This document shows positions 32,910 through 43,233 of a stretch of DNA of 64,000 bases, one piece after another (within the stretch, counting starts at the first letter, position 1; each line of letters starts with the position of its first letter). Source of the stretch: Minisyncoccota bacterium (GTDB taxonomy: Bacteria; Patescibacteriota; Minisyncoccia; Phycocordibacterales; Phycocordibacteraceae); NCBI GenBank assembly GCA_038106525.1, contig JAYOEC010000001.1, positions 24,876 to 88,875 of the forward strand, read 5' to 3'. The position numbers and the translations under genes are program-made. The notes below the pieces were generated by a model that saw only the letters and a program-made list of their open reading frames with translations, was not told where the DNA came from and did not search any database.

Positions 32910-35099
32910 ATGGCAAAAAAGCGAGGGAGGCCGCCAAAAAATGAATCGGCATGGAAGCATGTCCCGCGACCGAGACTGCAAATAAAGGACGAGACCAAAA
33001 AGAGCATCTGGGCGATACTTGCACTGGTAATCGCTGGCCTATGCATCGCCGCACCGTTCGGTGCGGGAGGGTTGGTGGGTACAGCACTGTACCAGTGGCT
33101 ACAGACATCGTTTGGGGTCGGATACTTTCTGTTGCCGCTGGTTTCGCTGGCAGTTGCAATTGGACTCTTTGACTTGCTTCGAAAGGAAGAGGGGGACGAT
33201 GAGGCACAGCCTGTGGGCGGAAGATTGCTAGGTGCACTGGTCATCTTTACTTCAGGGACTGCCCTTCTTTCAATCTTGGGCAACTGGGGAGGTGTTGTGG
33301 GGGTGTGGCTCTCAAAGCCGTTCGTACTTCTTTTTGATTACACATTCGGCACCATACTTCTTGCCGCCTTCTTTATCATCGGAACTCTTTTTACACTCGA
33401 CACTCCGCTAAGGCTCCCTACCCTTTTTAGCCGACAGCGGCAGCCAAAAAACTCTGCCGACCAGGACCGCGACGACTCGCCGCATGAGGATGTGGAGATA
33501 GCAGTCGCCACATACGAGGACCCTCAACCTAAAGTTGCCGCGCCATTTGCGGTTAAAAAACAGGAAAAAAAGCCGGAACCGCTCCCCGAGGTCGAAGTGC
33601 CGCAAACACAAGGGTTTCAACTCCGTGACTCTGCATACAATGCACCACCGCTCTCCCTACTTGAACGAGAAAAAGGCAAGCCAGAAACTGGAGACATCAA
33701 AGCGAACGCGAATATCATCAAACGAACGCTGCAAAACTTCGGGATTATGGTTGAAATGGACGAAGTTGCCATCGGTCCGACCGTCACTCGATTTGCGCTG
33801 AAGCCGGCCGAGGGAGTCCGGCTACAAAAAATTGTGTCACTCCAAAATAACCTTGAGTTGGCACTCGCAGCATCCCCGGTGCGCATTGAAGCTCCGATAC
33901 CCGGAAAATCACTAGTGGGTATCGAGGTTCCAAACCAAAAAAAGGCGACCGTCGCCCTTGCGTCACTCCTCGCAGATCATAAGTTCTCTGACGAAAAGCG
34001 ACCCCTGTACGCGGCTCTCGGCAGAGATATTGCCGGAGCTCCGCACTACATCAACCTCGCCAAAATGCCGCACCTTTTGGTAGCTGGCGCAACGGGTTCT
34101 GGCAAATCGGTCACCATACACACCATGATCGCCTCGCTCCTCTATCGAAACGGACCAGGAACACTCCGGTTCATCATGATTGATCCAAAGCGCGTCGAAC
34201 TCACCTTATACAACGGCATCCCGCACCTCCTCACGCCAGTAATTACCGATCCGAAAAAGGCAATTCTCTCGCTCAAGTGGGCAGCCAAAGAAATGGAGCG
34301 ACGGTACAACCTGCTTGAAACACACGCGGTCCGCGACATCAGTTCATATCATGAAAATGTGGTCGCGGGGTGGACTGGCGACGCGTCGAGTGAGGCAGCT
34401 CCTGACCAGATGCCATACATAGTTGTCATTATTGATGAGCTTGCTGACATCATGCAGAGTTACCCCCGCGAGCTTGAAGCCTCGATCGTGCGACTAGCAC
34501 AGATGTCGCGCGCCGTCGGCATACACCTCATCCTATCAACGCAGCGGCCGAGCGTTAATGTGATTACCGGCCTCATCAAGGCAAATGTGCCTGCGCGCAT
34601 TGCGCTCCAGGTTGCGTCGCAGATCGACTCGCGCACCATCCTTGATGCCCCCGGCGCTGAGAACCTGCTTGGCGCTGGAGATATGCTTTTTCAGTCTGCC
34701 GATATGGCAAAACCGCACCGCATTCAAACCGCATTTGTTTCTGAGGCGGAGGTTAAGGAGGTGGCACGGTATATACAGAAAAACAACGATCCGTCAGTCG
34801 ATGATATTGCTATCACCGCAACAGGAAACGATGCGAGCCCGAATGCGCTGTTCGGAGCAAGTATGGAGGATGGTGCGGATGATGACCTCTTTGACGATGC
34901 TCGAGCAACTGTTGAGGAGGCAGGCAAGGCGTCGACCTCGCTCTTGCAGCGGAAGCTTCGGGTCGGCTATGCTCGAGCAGCCCGTCTCATGGATATCCTC
35001 GAGCAGAAAGGCATTATTGGTCCAGCCGACGGCGCAAGACCCCGTGAGGTTCTGACTGTCTCACGAAGTGCCGGAGGTGAGCAAGAGACTGAAGCATGA
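32910..35099 (+). CDS. ftsK: DNA translocase FtsK/SpoIIIE
   Basis: 4 TM helices, PHLLVAGATGSGKS, IDELADIM, STQRPS, gamma domain LQRKLRVGYARAAR. Confidence 0.97.
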   Translation: MAKKRGRPPKNESAWKHVPRPRLQIKDETKKSIWAILALVIAGLCIAAPFGAGGLVGTALYQWLQTSFGVGYFLLPLVSLAVAIGLFDLLRKEEGDDEAQPVGGRLLGALVIFTSGTALLSILGNWGGVVGVWLSKPFVLLFDYTFGTILLAAFFIIGTLFTLDTPLRLPTLFSRQRQPKNSADQDRDDSPHEDVEIAVATYEDPQPKVAAPFAVKKQEKKPEPLPEVEVPQTQGFQLRDSAYNAPPLSLLEREKGKPETGDIKANANIIKRTLQNFGIMVEMDEVAIGPTVTRFALKPAEGVRLQKIVSLQNNLELALAASPVRIEAPIPGKSLVGIEVPNQKKATVALASLLADHKFSDEKRPLYAALGRDIAGAPHYINLAKMPHLLVAGATGSGKSVTIHTMIASLLYRNGPGTLRFIMIDPKRVELTLYNGIPHLLTPVITDPKKAILSLKWAAKEMERRYNLLETHAVRDISSYHENVVAGWTGDASSEAAPDQMPYIVVIIDELADIMQSYPRELEASIVRLAQMSRAVGIHLILSTQRPSVNVITGLIKANVPARIALQVASQIDSRTILDAPGAENLLGAGDMLFQSADMAKPHRIQTAFVSEAEVKEVARYIQKNNDPSVDDIAITATGNDASPNALFGASMEDGADDDLFDDARATVEEAGKASTSLLQRKLRVGYARAARLMDILEQKGIIGPADGARPREVLTVSRSAGGEQETEA

Positions 35100-35500
35100 G
35101 CCCCTACGGCTCGTTCGCAGATAACCGACTCCCTTTCCTCATCGGGGTCGCGGCCCTTGTTTTTGTTGCCGGATACGCCTTTTATGCAGCTCTTCCCATA
35201 CTCGCTGGCCCAAGCCTCTCGATGGAAAGCCCGGTACCCTATCAGGCAACCTCGAGTAGTCGGGTCCTCGTGAGCGGCTCGACCGAACGGGTCCAATTTC
35301 TGTGGATAAATGGCAACCCTGTCGCCCTCTCCGAGAACGGATCATTCGCCGTGCTGCGGAGCATCCCTGCAGGGTATACTGAGTTCGTCATCAAAGCTGA
35401 TGACCGCTTTGGTCGGAGTACTGAAGCGCACATCCCAGTACTCGCGTTACATACCAACCTAAGTACTACCACTCATGACAAAGAACAAGAAGCAGAGTGA
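35096..35500 (+). CDS. Membrane-anchored Ig-like hypothetical protein
   Basis: N-terminal TM helix, ING....NGSF....G...IKA.DRFG; overlaps ftsK and recA. Confidence 0.7.
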   Translation: MSPYGSFADNRLPFLIGVAALVFVAGYAFYAALPILAGPSLSMESPVPYQATSSSRVLVSGSTERVQFLWINGNPVALSENGSFAVLRSIPAGYTEFVIKADDRFGRSTEAHIPVLALHTNLSTTTHDKEQEAE

Positions 35501-36500
35501 GAAGGAGTCTCCCGCAGCAGATCGGCGAGCTTCAATATCGGACGCGATTGCATCTATAAAGACGAAATTTGGCGAGGAAGCAATTATGACCCTCGGCTCA
35601 GCGCCGAAGGTTGGCGTAGACGCGGTACCAACCGGGTCGATTGGACTTGATTGGGCACTTGGCATCGGTGGCGTCCCACGGGGCCGCATTATTGAGATCT
35701 TCGGACCTGAATCATCTGGAAAGACAACGCTCTCACTGCACATCATTGCAGAGGCCCAAAAAAAAGGTGGGATTTGTGCGTTTGTTGATGCAGAGCATGC
35801 GCTTGACCCGGAGTACGCGAAACGCCTCGGCGTGAAGACTGAGGATCTTTTGGTATCGCAGCCAGATACCGGAGAGCAGGCGCTCGAGATCACCGAGTCA
35901 CTGGTTCGCTCGGGGAAGATTGATGTTGTAGTAGTAGACTCGGTTGCGGCCCTCACCCCGAAAGACGAGATCGAGGGAGAAATGGGGCAAGCACATGTCG
36001 GCAAGCAAGCACGACTTATGTCGCAGGCGCTCCGCAAACTTACCGCCATTGTTGCAAAATCAAAGACCGTGGTGATTTTCATCAACCAGATCCGTATGCA
36101 GATCGGCGTGATGTTCGGAAATCCTGAGACAACTCCGGGCGGTAAGGCACTCAAATTCTACACCTCCGTCCGAATGGATATCCGCCGCATTGCACAAATC
36201 AAGAAAGGTGAGGAGGTTGTCGGAGGTCGTGTCAGGGTTAAGGTCGTCAAGAACAAAGTCGCTGCTCCATTCAAGCAGACTGAGTTCGACCTCATGTACA
36301 ATGAGGGCATCAGCCGAGAGGGCGAGCTTATCGCGCTCGGCGAAAAGTACAACCTGGTACAAAAGAGCGGTGCGTCATACAAATTCGGAGCTGAACAGCT
36401 TGGCCGTGGCTATGATGCAACGCGGCAGTTTTTGAAGGAAAATCCAAAAATCGCCACAGAACTTCTGAAAGCGATCCAAACAAAATTTAAGGAGGGCTAG
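35475..36500 (+). CDS. recA: Recombinase A
   Basis: [33 protein letters not shown]. Confidence 0.99.
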   Translation: MTKNKKQSEKESPAADRRASISDAIASIKTKFGEEAIMTLGSAPKVGVDAVPTGSIGLDWALGIGGVPRGRIIEIFGPESSGKTTLSLHIIAEAQKKGGICAFVDAEHALDPEYAKRLGVKTEDLLVSQPDTGEQALEITESLVRSGKIDVVVVDSVAALTPKDEIEGEMGQAHVGKQARLMSQALRKLTAIVAKSKTVVIFINQIRMQIGVMFGNPETTPGGKALKFYTSVRMDIRRIAQIKKGEEVVGGRVRVKVVKNKVAAPFKQTEFDLMYNEGISREGELIALGEKYNLVQKSGASYKFGAEQLGRGYDATRQFLKENPKIATELLKAIQTKFKEG

Positions 36501-36826
36501 AGGGGCTCCGAATATGTGACAAGCTTTGTGTTCCGGGCGATATCCATTCCTGCCCACCCCAGCATCGCAACGAGCGCAAGTGCGAGCGCTTGCACCAGCA
36601 CTTCTGCCTCAGTGAATGCAGTAACGAGGAAACGAACGAGGCCGGTAACGCTCCCCGTATTGAGAAGATTTGCGGCAATATTCAAAATTGATACGGAGCC
36701 AACAATCGCAAGAAGGAGGACCAACGAGATAATGATGCGTGGTATTGGCTTGCAAACCTGCCTGCCGCAGTACATCAGGTACACGCGGCGCATGACTCGT
36801 TTCCTTTGTTGAGGTGAGAGTTGCAT
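36497..36826 (-). CDS. Small 2-TM membrane protein (candidate anti-sigma factor)
   Basis: Basic N-terminus (VMRRV) plus TM helices; 13 bp downstream of the ECF sigma gene. Confidence 0.6.
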   Translation of the reverse strand: MQLSPQQRKRVMRRVYLMYCGRQVCKPIPRIIISLVLLLAIVGSVSILNIAANLLNTGSVTGLVRFLVTAFTEAEVLVQALALALVAMLGWAGMDIARNTKLVTYSEPL

Positions 36827-36839
36827 AGGTAGGTAACGA

Positions 36840-37391
36840 TTATTCTGGCGCAGCAGCGCGGACTGCCGTCTTGGCGCGATGTATCCGCGCCTTTATCGCC
36901 CCAACAGTAGTCCCCTCCTCGCTCGCAATTTGCACATACGGGATGCCGTCAATGTATGCTCTCCTTAAGAGTCGGGCTGTATCAGAATCAACGCGGCCAA
37001 GTGCCCGCACTACCTCGTCAGTAGCAAGGTAATCTTCGTGCTCACCGGACTGATCCGCAAGCGACTCGTAGTGTGTGTCTTCGAGATGCACCGTTGCGCT
37101 GCGTTCTTTAACCTGCCTCTGGTATCGTGTCCGGGCGACATTCATAAGGATCGTAAGCGCCCAGGTGCGGAAGGAGCCGTTTTTTGGATCAAACTTAGGA
37201 CCAAATCGGTACATGCGGATAAATGCCTCCTGCGCCACATCCTCAGCGTCGTCTGTGCTTTTTACCACTGCGCGAGCGCGAGAGAGAAACTCTCGCTGGT
37301 ATCGAAGCATCAGGAGTTCAAATAGAGCCGGCGAGTCAAGCGACTGGCGCAAGAGCTCTTCGTCTGAGAGTTCGGATCCGACCGCCTCCAT
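36840..37391 (-). CDS. ECF RNA polymerase sigma-70 factor
   Basis: DAEDVAQEAF, FRTW, Y.QIA....TVGAIKARIHRAK. Confidence 0.9.
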   Translation of the reverse strand: MEAVGSELSDEELLRQSLDSPALFELLMLRYQREFLSRARAVVKSTDDAEDVAQEAFIRMYRFGPKFDPKNGSFRTWALTILMNVARTRYQRQVKERSATVHLEDTHYESLADQSGEHEDYLATDEVVRALGRVDSDTARLLRRAYIDGIPYVQIASEEGTTVGAIKARIHRAKTAVRAAAPE

Positions 37392-37517
37392 ACCACTCAC
37401 TATCCTCCTTTGGAGCGCTTCGTCAACCCCTGAAAGCGTTTGCAATGCATACATGAATTGATGTATGGTATACCGTGTCAGTATTCATACTTTCTTACTC
37501 ATCAAACGGTTACACTT

Positions 37518-38093
37518 ATGGCAGTCCTCACATACAGCGAAATAACTTCAGGAAAAGTTATCACTTTCGACGGAAACATTTACCAGGTGCTTGCATCGCA
37601 TGTGATGCGCAAGGATATGGGCAAGCCCTCGAATCGAACCAAACTCAGAAACCTGAAAACGGGCAAGGTTGCCGAGGTGATGTTCCATGCTGCCGAAACC
37701 GTCAGTGAAGCAGATATTGAATCAAAAGAGGCGAAATTCGTCTATGCAAACCGTGGTGAGGCGTGGTTTTGCGACCCAGAAAATCCGCGGGACAGATTTT
37801 CTCTTCCCGAATCGCACATCGCCGAACAGCTCCCCTACATGAAGCAGGATATGTTGGTTGAAATGCGTCGTTGGGAAGGAGAGCTCCTCGGGGTGCACCT
37901 CCCGATAAAGATGGATTTTATAATTAAAGACGCCCCACCTGCAGTCAAAGGCAACACGGTATCTGGCGGCTCGAAACAGGCAACGCTTGAAACCGGCGCG
38001 GTAGTGAGTGTCCCTTTGTTTATAAACCCGGGCGACACGGTACGCGTCAATACGGAGACCGGCGAGTATGTCGAGAGGGTTGAGAAAGCCTAA
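37518..38093 (+). CDS. efp: Elongation factor P (non-canonical loop)
   Basis: KLRNLKTG, PAVKGNT, KQATLETG, VPLFI, VNTETGEYVER. Confidence 0.95.
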   Translation: MAVLTYSEITSGKVITFDGNIYQVLASHVMRKDMGKPSNRTKLRNLKTGKVAEVMFHAAETVSEADIESKEAKFVYANRGEAWFCDPENPRDRFSLPESHIAEQLPYMKQDMLVEMRRWEGELLGVHLPIKMDFIIKDAPPAVKGNTVSGGSKQATLETGAVVSVPLFINPGDTVRVNTETGEYVERVEKA

Positions 38094-38275
38094 TTCGAAG
38101 TGTACGGAAGAAGCGCCATAAAACGCGCGCGCTTGATCGCCTGATCAATCTTGCGCTGGTGTGCAGCAGGCACATTGGTGCGGCGCTTGCCCATGATTCG
38201 CGCATGCGGCGTCAAAAATGACGACAGGTACTTAGTGTCTTTATAGTTTACAAAAAGCGGAACTGGATTTTGCAT
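38090..38275 (-). CDS. rpsR: 30S ribosomal protein S18 (minimal, no Zn cysteines)
   Basis: NYKD..L..F, QR...AIKRARFMALLPY. Confidence 0.95.
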   Translation of the reverse strand: MQNPVPLFVNYKDTKYLSSFLTPHARIMGKRRTNVPAAHQRKIDQAIKRARFMALLPYTSN

Positions 38276-38320
38276 GGTGTGTAGACTATATACGGAATCA
38301 GTGGTTTCTGCAACTGCTGG

Positions 38321-38749
38321 TTAAAATGGAATATCGTCCGGGCTCACGGTCTCCTCAGGATACTCGACCTCCTCGCGGTGCTGTTCCTTCCCGCTGCTGC
38401 GCTCGGCCCCTTGCCCTGCACCGCCTGCCTTCGCGCCAAACTGAACGCGGTCGGCGACAATCTCAGTGCGGTACTGCTTTTGACCATCTTTTTCCCACCC
38501 GCGAGTCTGGATCCTACCCTCAACCAATACTTGCTGCCCCTTCTTCAAATACTGCGCGCAAGTATCCGCCTGGCGCCCAAACACAACGATGTTATGAAAC
38601 TCGGTTGCCTCCTTCTTTTCTCCGCTCTGATCGCGCCACACCCTATTGGTTGCAACACCAAAGGTGCACACCTGCGCCCCAGACGGAAGCGCCCGCAACT
38701 CTGGGTCTCGGGTGAGGTTGCCTGCAATGAAAGCTTTGTTGAGGTACAT
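38321..38749 (-). CDS. ssb: Single-stranded DNA-binding protein
   Basis: GNLTRDPELR, VEGRIQTR, DDIPF. Confidence 0.98.
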   Translation of the reverse strand: MYLNKAFIAGNLTRDPELRALPSGAQVCTFGVATNRVWRDQSGEKKEATEFHNIVVFGRQADTCAQYLKKGQQVLVEGRIQTRGWEKDGQKQYRTEIVADRVQFGAKAGGAGQGAERSSGKEQHREEVEYPEETVSPDDIPF

Positions 38750-38751
38750 GG

Positions 38752-39312
38752 CTACTCTTTCATCGTAGCATCCTCTTTCTCAAGGGACTCGAGCGCATCG
38801 GAGAGTGCCTCGTCAGAGACTTGCGCTGATTCCTCCTGTGCTCGCTTCGGGGCCTGAATAGCAGCGGTCGGCGCTTGGGCTGTCGGAACAATAACCGCTC
38901 CCTCCATCACCGCCCTTACCTCATCCTTCGAAGTCAAAACAACAAGATACCTGAGGACGGAGTCATTCCGATCAAGTGCAGCTTTCAGTTCCGCAAGCCT
39001 GTGGGGGGCAATCTCAAACGCTACCCAGCCAAAGTAGGTAGCAGTAAAGCTTGTTAACTTCCCTTCAATCTTTTTCTCAAGCGCATAGGCAAGATCTGTT
39101 TTTTCGGGAACCTTTTCACCGACAAGAGAAGCACCAGCATCTGCGAGCATTTTTGTGAGCGCGGCTACTTGCTGCGCTACCTCTACTTCGCTGAGTGTTG
39201 GAATCAGGTGGTACCCAACCTCGTACACATTCAGCGCACCCTCCTTCTCTCCAGCAGCGTCAAAAACGCCGGCTTCCCCAGCCTCAAGATCCAATGTCAT
39301 ATCATCTGCCAT
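38752..39312 (-). CDS. rpsF: 30S ribosomal protein S6 with acidic N- and C-terminal extensions
   Basis: YE...P, LAY.L.K, VLRYLV; located in the rpsF-ssb-rpsR operon. Confidence 0.88.
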   Translation of the reverse strand: MADDMTLDLEAGEAGVFDAAGEKEGALNVYEVGYHLIPTLSEVEVAQQVAALTKMLADAGASLVGEKVPEKTDLAYALEKKIEGKLTSFTATYFGWVAFEIAPHRLAELKAALDRNDSVLRYLVVLTSKDEVRAVMEGAVIVPTAQAPTAAIQAPKRAQEESAQVSDEALSDALESLEKEDATMKE

Positions 39313-39337
39313 AGTGCCAGGAATGGTATCACGGCCT

Positions 39338-40141
39338 CTAGGAAATGGCAAAAACCCGCTTTGCATTCTCTAAGATCTGCGCAGCCACCGCGGCCTCTGG
39401 CTCGCCCCTAATGCGCGCTATAGCCCGAACAACATATTGAACATTCACGGGTTCGTTGCGCTTGCCTCGATGCGGAACAGGGGCTGCGTATGGCGAATCA
39501 GTCTCGGTAAGGAGCATGGCAAGCGGTGCAAACTTGACGACATCATGGTACTCGTCGGCGAATGTCAAAACCCCTGTAAATGAAGTAGTGAAGCCGATCT
39601 GATAGAAGCGGCGCGCAAGTGCGACATTCCCCACAAAAAAATGAATGTTCCCGCGGAGCAACTCTCCCACCTGTCGATGCTCCGCCTCAAGACGGTCAGC
39701 CAAATCTGCATACGCGTCCATCGAGCCCTTCGAAGGCCGACAATGGATCATTAGTGGTTTTTTATGGAGCATGGCAAATGCAAGTTGCGCCTCAAACTCC
39801 TCCCACTGGCGCTTCTTTTTAAGTGCTGCGTTGTCCTCTATCCGATGGTAGTCTAAACCGCACTCACCAACCCCTACAACCTTTGAGTTGGAAACAAGCT
39901 CAGCAAATGCTGCACCAGTAAACTGTTCGTTCGGTGTGTTGTTTGGGTGGAGACCAATGGTCGCGTAGAATCCGTCGTTCTTTTCAGCAAAATTTATTGC
40001 CTCCTTGCTCGTCGCAAAGTCCACGCCGACCGTAATAGTCCCGACCCCCGCTTTACGCATTCGCTCAATAACTGCGCCGCGGTCGTGGTCGTATTCTGGA
40101 AACGATACATGCGAGTGCACATCAAAATACTGAAGGTCCAT
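39338..40141 (-). CDS. tatD: TatD family nuclease
   Basis: DVHSH, GLHP, VGECGLDY, IHCR, ETDSPY, RNEP. Confidence 0.93.
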   Translation of the reverse strand: MDLQYFDVHSHVSFPEYDHDRGAVIERMRKAGVGTITVGVDFATSKEAINFAEKNDGFYATIGLHPNNTPNEQFTGAAFAELVSNSKVVGVGECGLDYHRIEDNAALKKKRQWEEFEAQLAFAMLHKKPLMIHCRPSKGSMDAYADLADRLEAEHRQVGELLRGNIHFFVGNVALARRFYQIGFTTSFTGVLTFADEYHDVVKFAPLAMLLTETDSPYAAPVPHRGKRNEPVNVQYVVRAIARIRGEPEAAVAAQILENAKRVFAIS

Positions 40142-40142
40142 A

Positions 40143-40730
40143 TCAGTAGTTGTCTGAATTCCGTTCAGATACCAGTCCAAGTCTTTGAAGGCCCTCAAGT
40201 GCTGCAGGGAGTGCAAACACTCCTTGCGAACCCGTCAGATGCTTGCCATCTTGTAATGTCACGAGTTCGACACCAAGCTCCCGAGCAAGAAGGACCCCCT
40301 CTTCATATGGCACCATATCGTCGTTTGTTGCGTGTATAATCACAAAGCTTTTGCACTGGTTCTTAATTTTTTCAAAATCAAACGCCTGATAAAAGCCAGC
40401 GGTTGCAAGGTTTTCTGATGGATGAGTCTTCCCAGAGACAAGCACTGCGCCTGCTACCGCCCGTGCATTCTCTGACTGCAGGTAGTCTAAGATGGCAGCG
40501 ACCCCGAGAGAGTGCCCCACAAGGTATACCGTGCCTGCAACATGCCGATCAACGGCACGCGCAATCTCTGCCACCCATTCCTCCTGCTTCGGGGTCGCGG
40601 GGGTCGGCATATCAAGTGCGCATGCATACACGGCTTGTTTCTTAAGTTCGCCCATCAGCCAGGGGAACCACGAACCGTTCGGGGTGGTCTTGAATCCGTG
40701 CACAAGCAGTACTCGCTGCGTGCTAATCAT
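40143..40730 (-). CDS. Alpha/beta serine hydrolase (RBBP9/YdeN family)
   Basis: VHG, WFPWL, GHSLG, NDD.VP, terminal His. Confidence 0.88.
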   Translation of the reverse strand: MISTQRVLLVHGFKTTPNGSWFPWLMGELKKQAVYACALDMPTPATPKQEEWVAEIARAVDRHVAGTVYLVGHSLGVAAILDYLQSENARAVAGAVLVSGKTHPSENLATAGFYQAFDFEKIKNQCKSFVIIHATNDDMVPYEEGVLLARELGVELVTLQDGKHLTGSQGVFALPAALEGLQRLGLVSERNSDNY

Positions 40731-42160
40731 GGTTCGATGCGCTTAAAGAGCGATTCGGGCTTCGTATTTGTTCGCACCGCAATGCCGATTTTCTCTGCTG
40801 TCTCTGGCATGAAGGGCGCTATCATATATGATAGCAACGCAAGTCTCTGTACCAGCTCTGTAATTAAATGTTTTCCAGCCTCGGGATGAATTTTGATCAG
40901 CTTGAAAGGGGCCTCGGCGTTAATGCGCTGATCCAGTGCTTGTATCTCAGCCCACACCACATCCATTGCCTTAGTAAACTCAAACGCATCAAGCGCATCA
41001 GATACCCCTTTCGGAAATGCGTGATTCCTAACTGCAACTGGCGCATCAAGGTTATCCTCGGCAAGCTTCATCACGCGTGCAACAAGGTTGCCAAGGCCGT
41101 TTGCAAGATTGCCATTGTACGCGTCATTAAAACCCTCTTCGGTCATATCACCGTCGGTAAAAGGTGATATGTGGCGCAGCAAATAGTAGCGCACCGCCTC
41201 AGCGCCGTACTTTTCGGCAAGCACAATAGGGTCGATGACATTTCCGAGAGTTTTACTCATCTTTCTTCCTCCAGAAAGAATGAGCCCGTGTGCGAGTATC
41301 ACTCTCGGAAGCTGCATACCCGCCGAAAGAAGCATCGCGGGCCAAATTGCCGCATGAAATCGTAAAATATCCTTGCCAATTACATGCACATCGGCTGGCC
41401 ACCATCGTGCAAACCCTTCCTTATCGCGGCCATACCCTACTGCAGTTGCATAGTTCGCGAGAGCATCGCACCATACATACATTATCTGTGACGGATCTCC
41501 AGGCACGGGGACTCCAAGACTCTCAGGCCAATTGGCCCTCCGAGGGCGCGAAAAACTCACATCCTCAAGCCCCTCGTTGAGAAGCGATACTATTTCATTC
41601 CTACGGGTCTCTGGAAGCACCAGCAGCTCTCCCGACTCAATCTTCCCTTTTATTTGAGAGGTGTACTTGGAAAGCCTAAAAAAATAATTCTCCTCTTTAA
41701 GGTGCTGTGGTTCTGTATCGTGGTCCGGACACTTGCCATTAACCAACTCCTTCTCAGTTACAAACGCTTCGTGTCCAACGCAGTACAAACCCTCATATTC
41801 CTTTTTATAGATATCACCGGACGCAACCAACTCTTTCCACAGAGCTGTAGAGCCGGGCCAGTGAACCCGTTGGTCGGTCGTGCGAATAAATTGATCGTAA
41901 GAAATTCCAAAATCATTAAAAGTCTTTTTGAATTGCTGTACTGTCTCATCAAGAAACGCCATCGGCTCCCGGTGAAGCTTTGTGGCGGAGTCGACCATCT
42001 TTTGCGTGTTCTCATCAGTACCGGTCAAAAAGTGTGTAGCGTCACCAATAAGCCGATGGTACCGTGCAAGGACATCAGCCAACACAGTTGGATACAGGTT
42101 CCCAAGATGAGGACGCGCATTAGGATAGAATATCGGCGTTGTGGTGTAGAACTTCCCCAT
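40727..42160 (-). CDS. metG: Methionine--tRNA ligase
   Basis: TTPIFYPN..PHLGN, YVWCDAL, GKDILRFH, KMSKT. Confidence 0.97.
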   Translation of the reverse strand: MGKFYTTTPIFYPNARPHLGNLYPTVLADVLARYHRLIGDATHFLTGTDENTQKMVDSATKLHREPMAFLDETVQQFKKTFNDFGISYDQFIRTTDQRVHWPGSTALWKELVASGDIYKKEYEGLYCVGHEAFVTEKELVNGKCPDHDTEPQHLKEENYFFRLSKYTSQIKGKIESGELLVLPETRRNEIVSLLNEGLEDVSFSRPRRANWPESLGVPVPGDPSQIMYVWCDALANYATAVGYGRDKEGFARWWPADVHVIGKDILRFHAAIWPAMLLSAGMQLPRVILAHGLILSGGRKMSKTLGNVIDPIVLAEKYGAEAVRYYLLRHISPFTDGDMTEEGFNDAYNGNLANGLGNLVARVMKLAEDNLDAPVAVRNHAFPKGVSDALDAFEFTKAMDVVWAEIQALDQRINAEAPFKLIKIHPEAGKHLITELVQRLALLSYMIAPFMPETAEKIGIAVRTNTKPESLFKRIEP

Positions 42161-42161
42161 C

Positions 42162-43229
42162 CTAGTGTTCCATTTCGGCAAGTTGGCGTTCTTTTGAACG
42201 CTGGATGTCGCCGACAAATTCTGATATCGCCGCTGCAATCGGGACCGAGAGCAGGACCCCCAAAAAGCCTGCAAGCTGGCCTCCGGCAATCAGTGCGATG
42301 ATGACGAGGAGCGGCGGCACTCCGATCACCTTTTTCACCACCAGCGGGTAGATGAGATTTGACTGCAGCTGATTGATGACGATAAATCCGCCAATAACGG
42401 CAAGCAGCATCGGGAGCCCGCCGACAGTAAAACCGATTGCGACCGATGGCGCAGCGGCTATGTAGGTGCCAAATACCGGAATCAGCTCGGTAAGTGCAGC
42501 AAATACGGCGAGGAGAAATGCATACGGAACCCCAAGAATAGCAAGCCACAGATACACAAGGACACCGGCAATGAGGGACAAAAGGAGCTGCCCTTGCATC
42601 CAGAGCCCAATCTTGCGTTGCGAGCGCTTCCACAGATCTACGCCATACTTCTGATGCTCGACGGGCAGAATGACGCGCAGAAAGTCGTCGACACCAGTCT
42701 CCTGAATTGCGAAGTAGATTGAGAGCACCACAATGAGGACAAACGAGACTACGCCACCAAAGACCCCTGCAAGCGCCTTAAACGCACCGACCGAAGTCTC
42801 AGTAAAGATCCCCTGTACTTGCGTTATGTACTCTTGAAAGGTTGGAACCCCGCCGACCACCTCGCGCGCGGAGTCAACAATGCGATTGTTCAAGATATCA
42901 TCAATATTTACCGCCTCTAGGTACTGCGGCAAATCGGAGGAAAGGTTTGCAGTCTCCTTCAGGAGCGGCGGAAAGAACGAGTATGCAACACCGAATATCG
43001 TCCCAAAAATAATGGTGTATACCAGTGCCACCGCGAGAATGCGCGGCGCCCGATGCCGCATAAACCACTGCACACCTGGCTCAACCGCACTCGCAAGAAC
43101 AACCGCGGTTAAAATAATCAGTACCAGATCCTTGAGGAAAAAGAGCAACCATACTAAGAGCCCGACTCCAAAAATCGTAAGTACAGTCCCAGTGGTGATA
43201 TGGATCGAGAGTGGCCCGCGCTCTGCCAT
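42162..43229 (-). CDS. AI-2E family transporter
   Basis: Multi-TM; GQLL, LIPVFG, QSNLIYP, G.LLSVP. Confidence 0.88.
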   Translation of the reverse strand: MAERGPLSIHITTGTVLTIFGVGLLVWLLFFLKDLVLIILTAVVLASAVEPGVQWFMRHRAPRILAVALVYTIIFGTIFGVAYSFFPPLLKETANLSSDLPQYLEAVNIDDILNNRIVDSAREVVGGVPTFQEYITQVQGIFTETSVGAFKALAGVFGGVVSFVLIVVLSIYFAIQETGVDDFLRVILPVEHQKYGVDLWKRSQRKIGLWMQGQLLLSLIAGVLVYLWLAILGVPYAFLLAVFAALTELIPVFGTYIAAAPSVAIGFTVGGLPMLLAVIGGFIVINQLQSNLIYPLVVKKVIGVPPLLVIIALIAGGQLAGFLGVLLSVPIAAAISEFVGDIQRSKERQLAEMEH

Positions 43230-43233
43230 GGTG

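Noticed and set aside
32910-35099. FtsK as a mobile-element or defence ATPase
   Set aside because: Canonical TM plus motor plus gamma-domain housekeeping architecture, next to recA.
38090-38275. Absence of rplI after rpsR
   Set aside because: rplI is often unlinked, so loss cannot be inferred from one window.
39338-42160. tatD near metG as a defence nuclease
   Set aside because: metG-tatD linkage is a common housekeeping arrangement.
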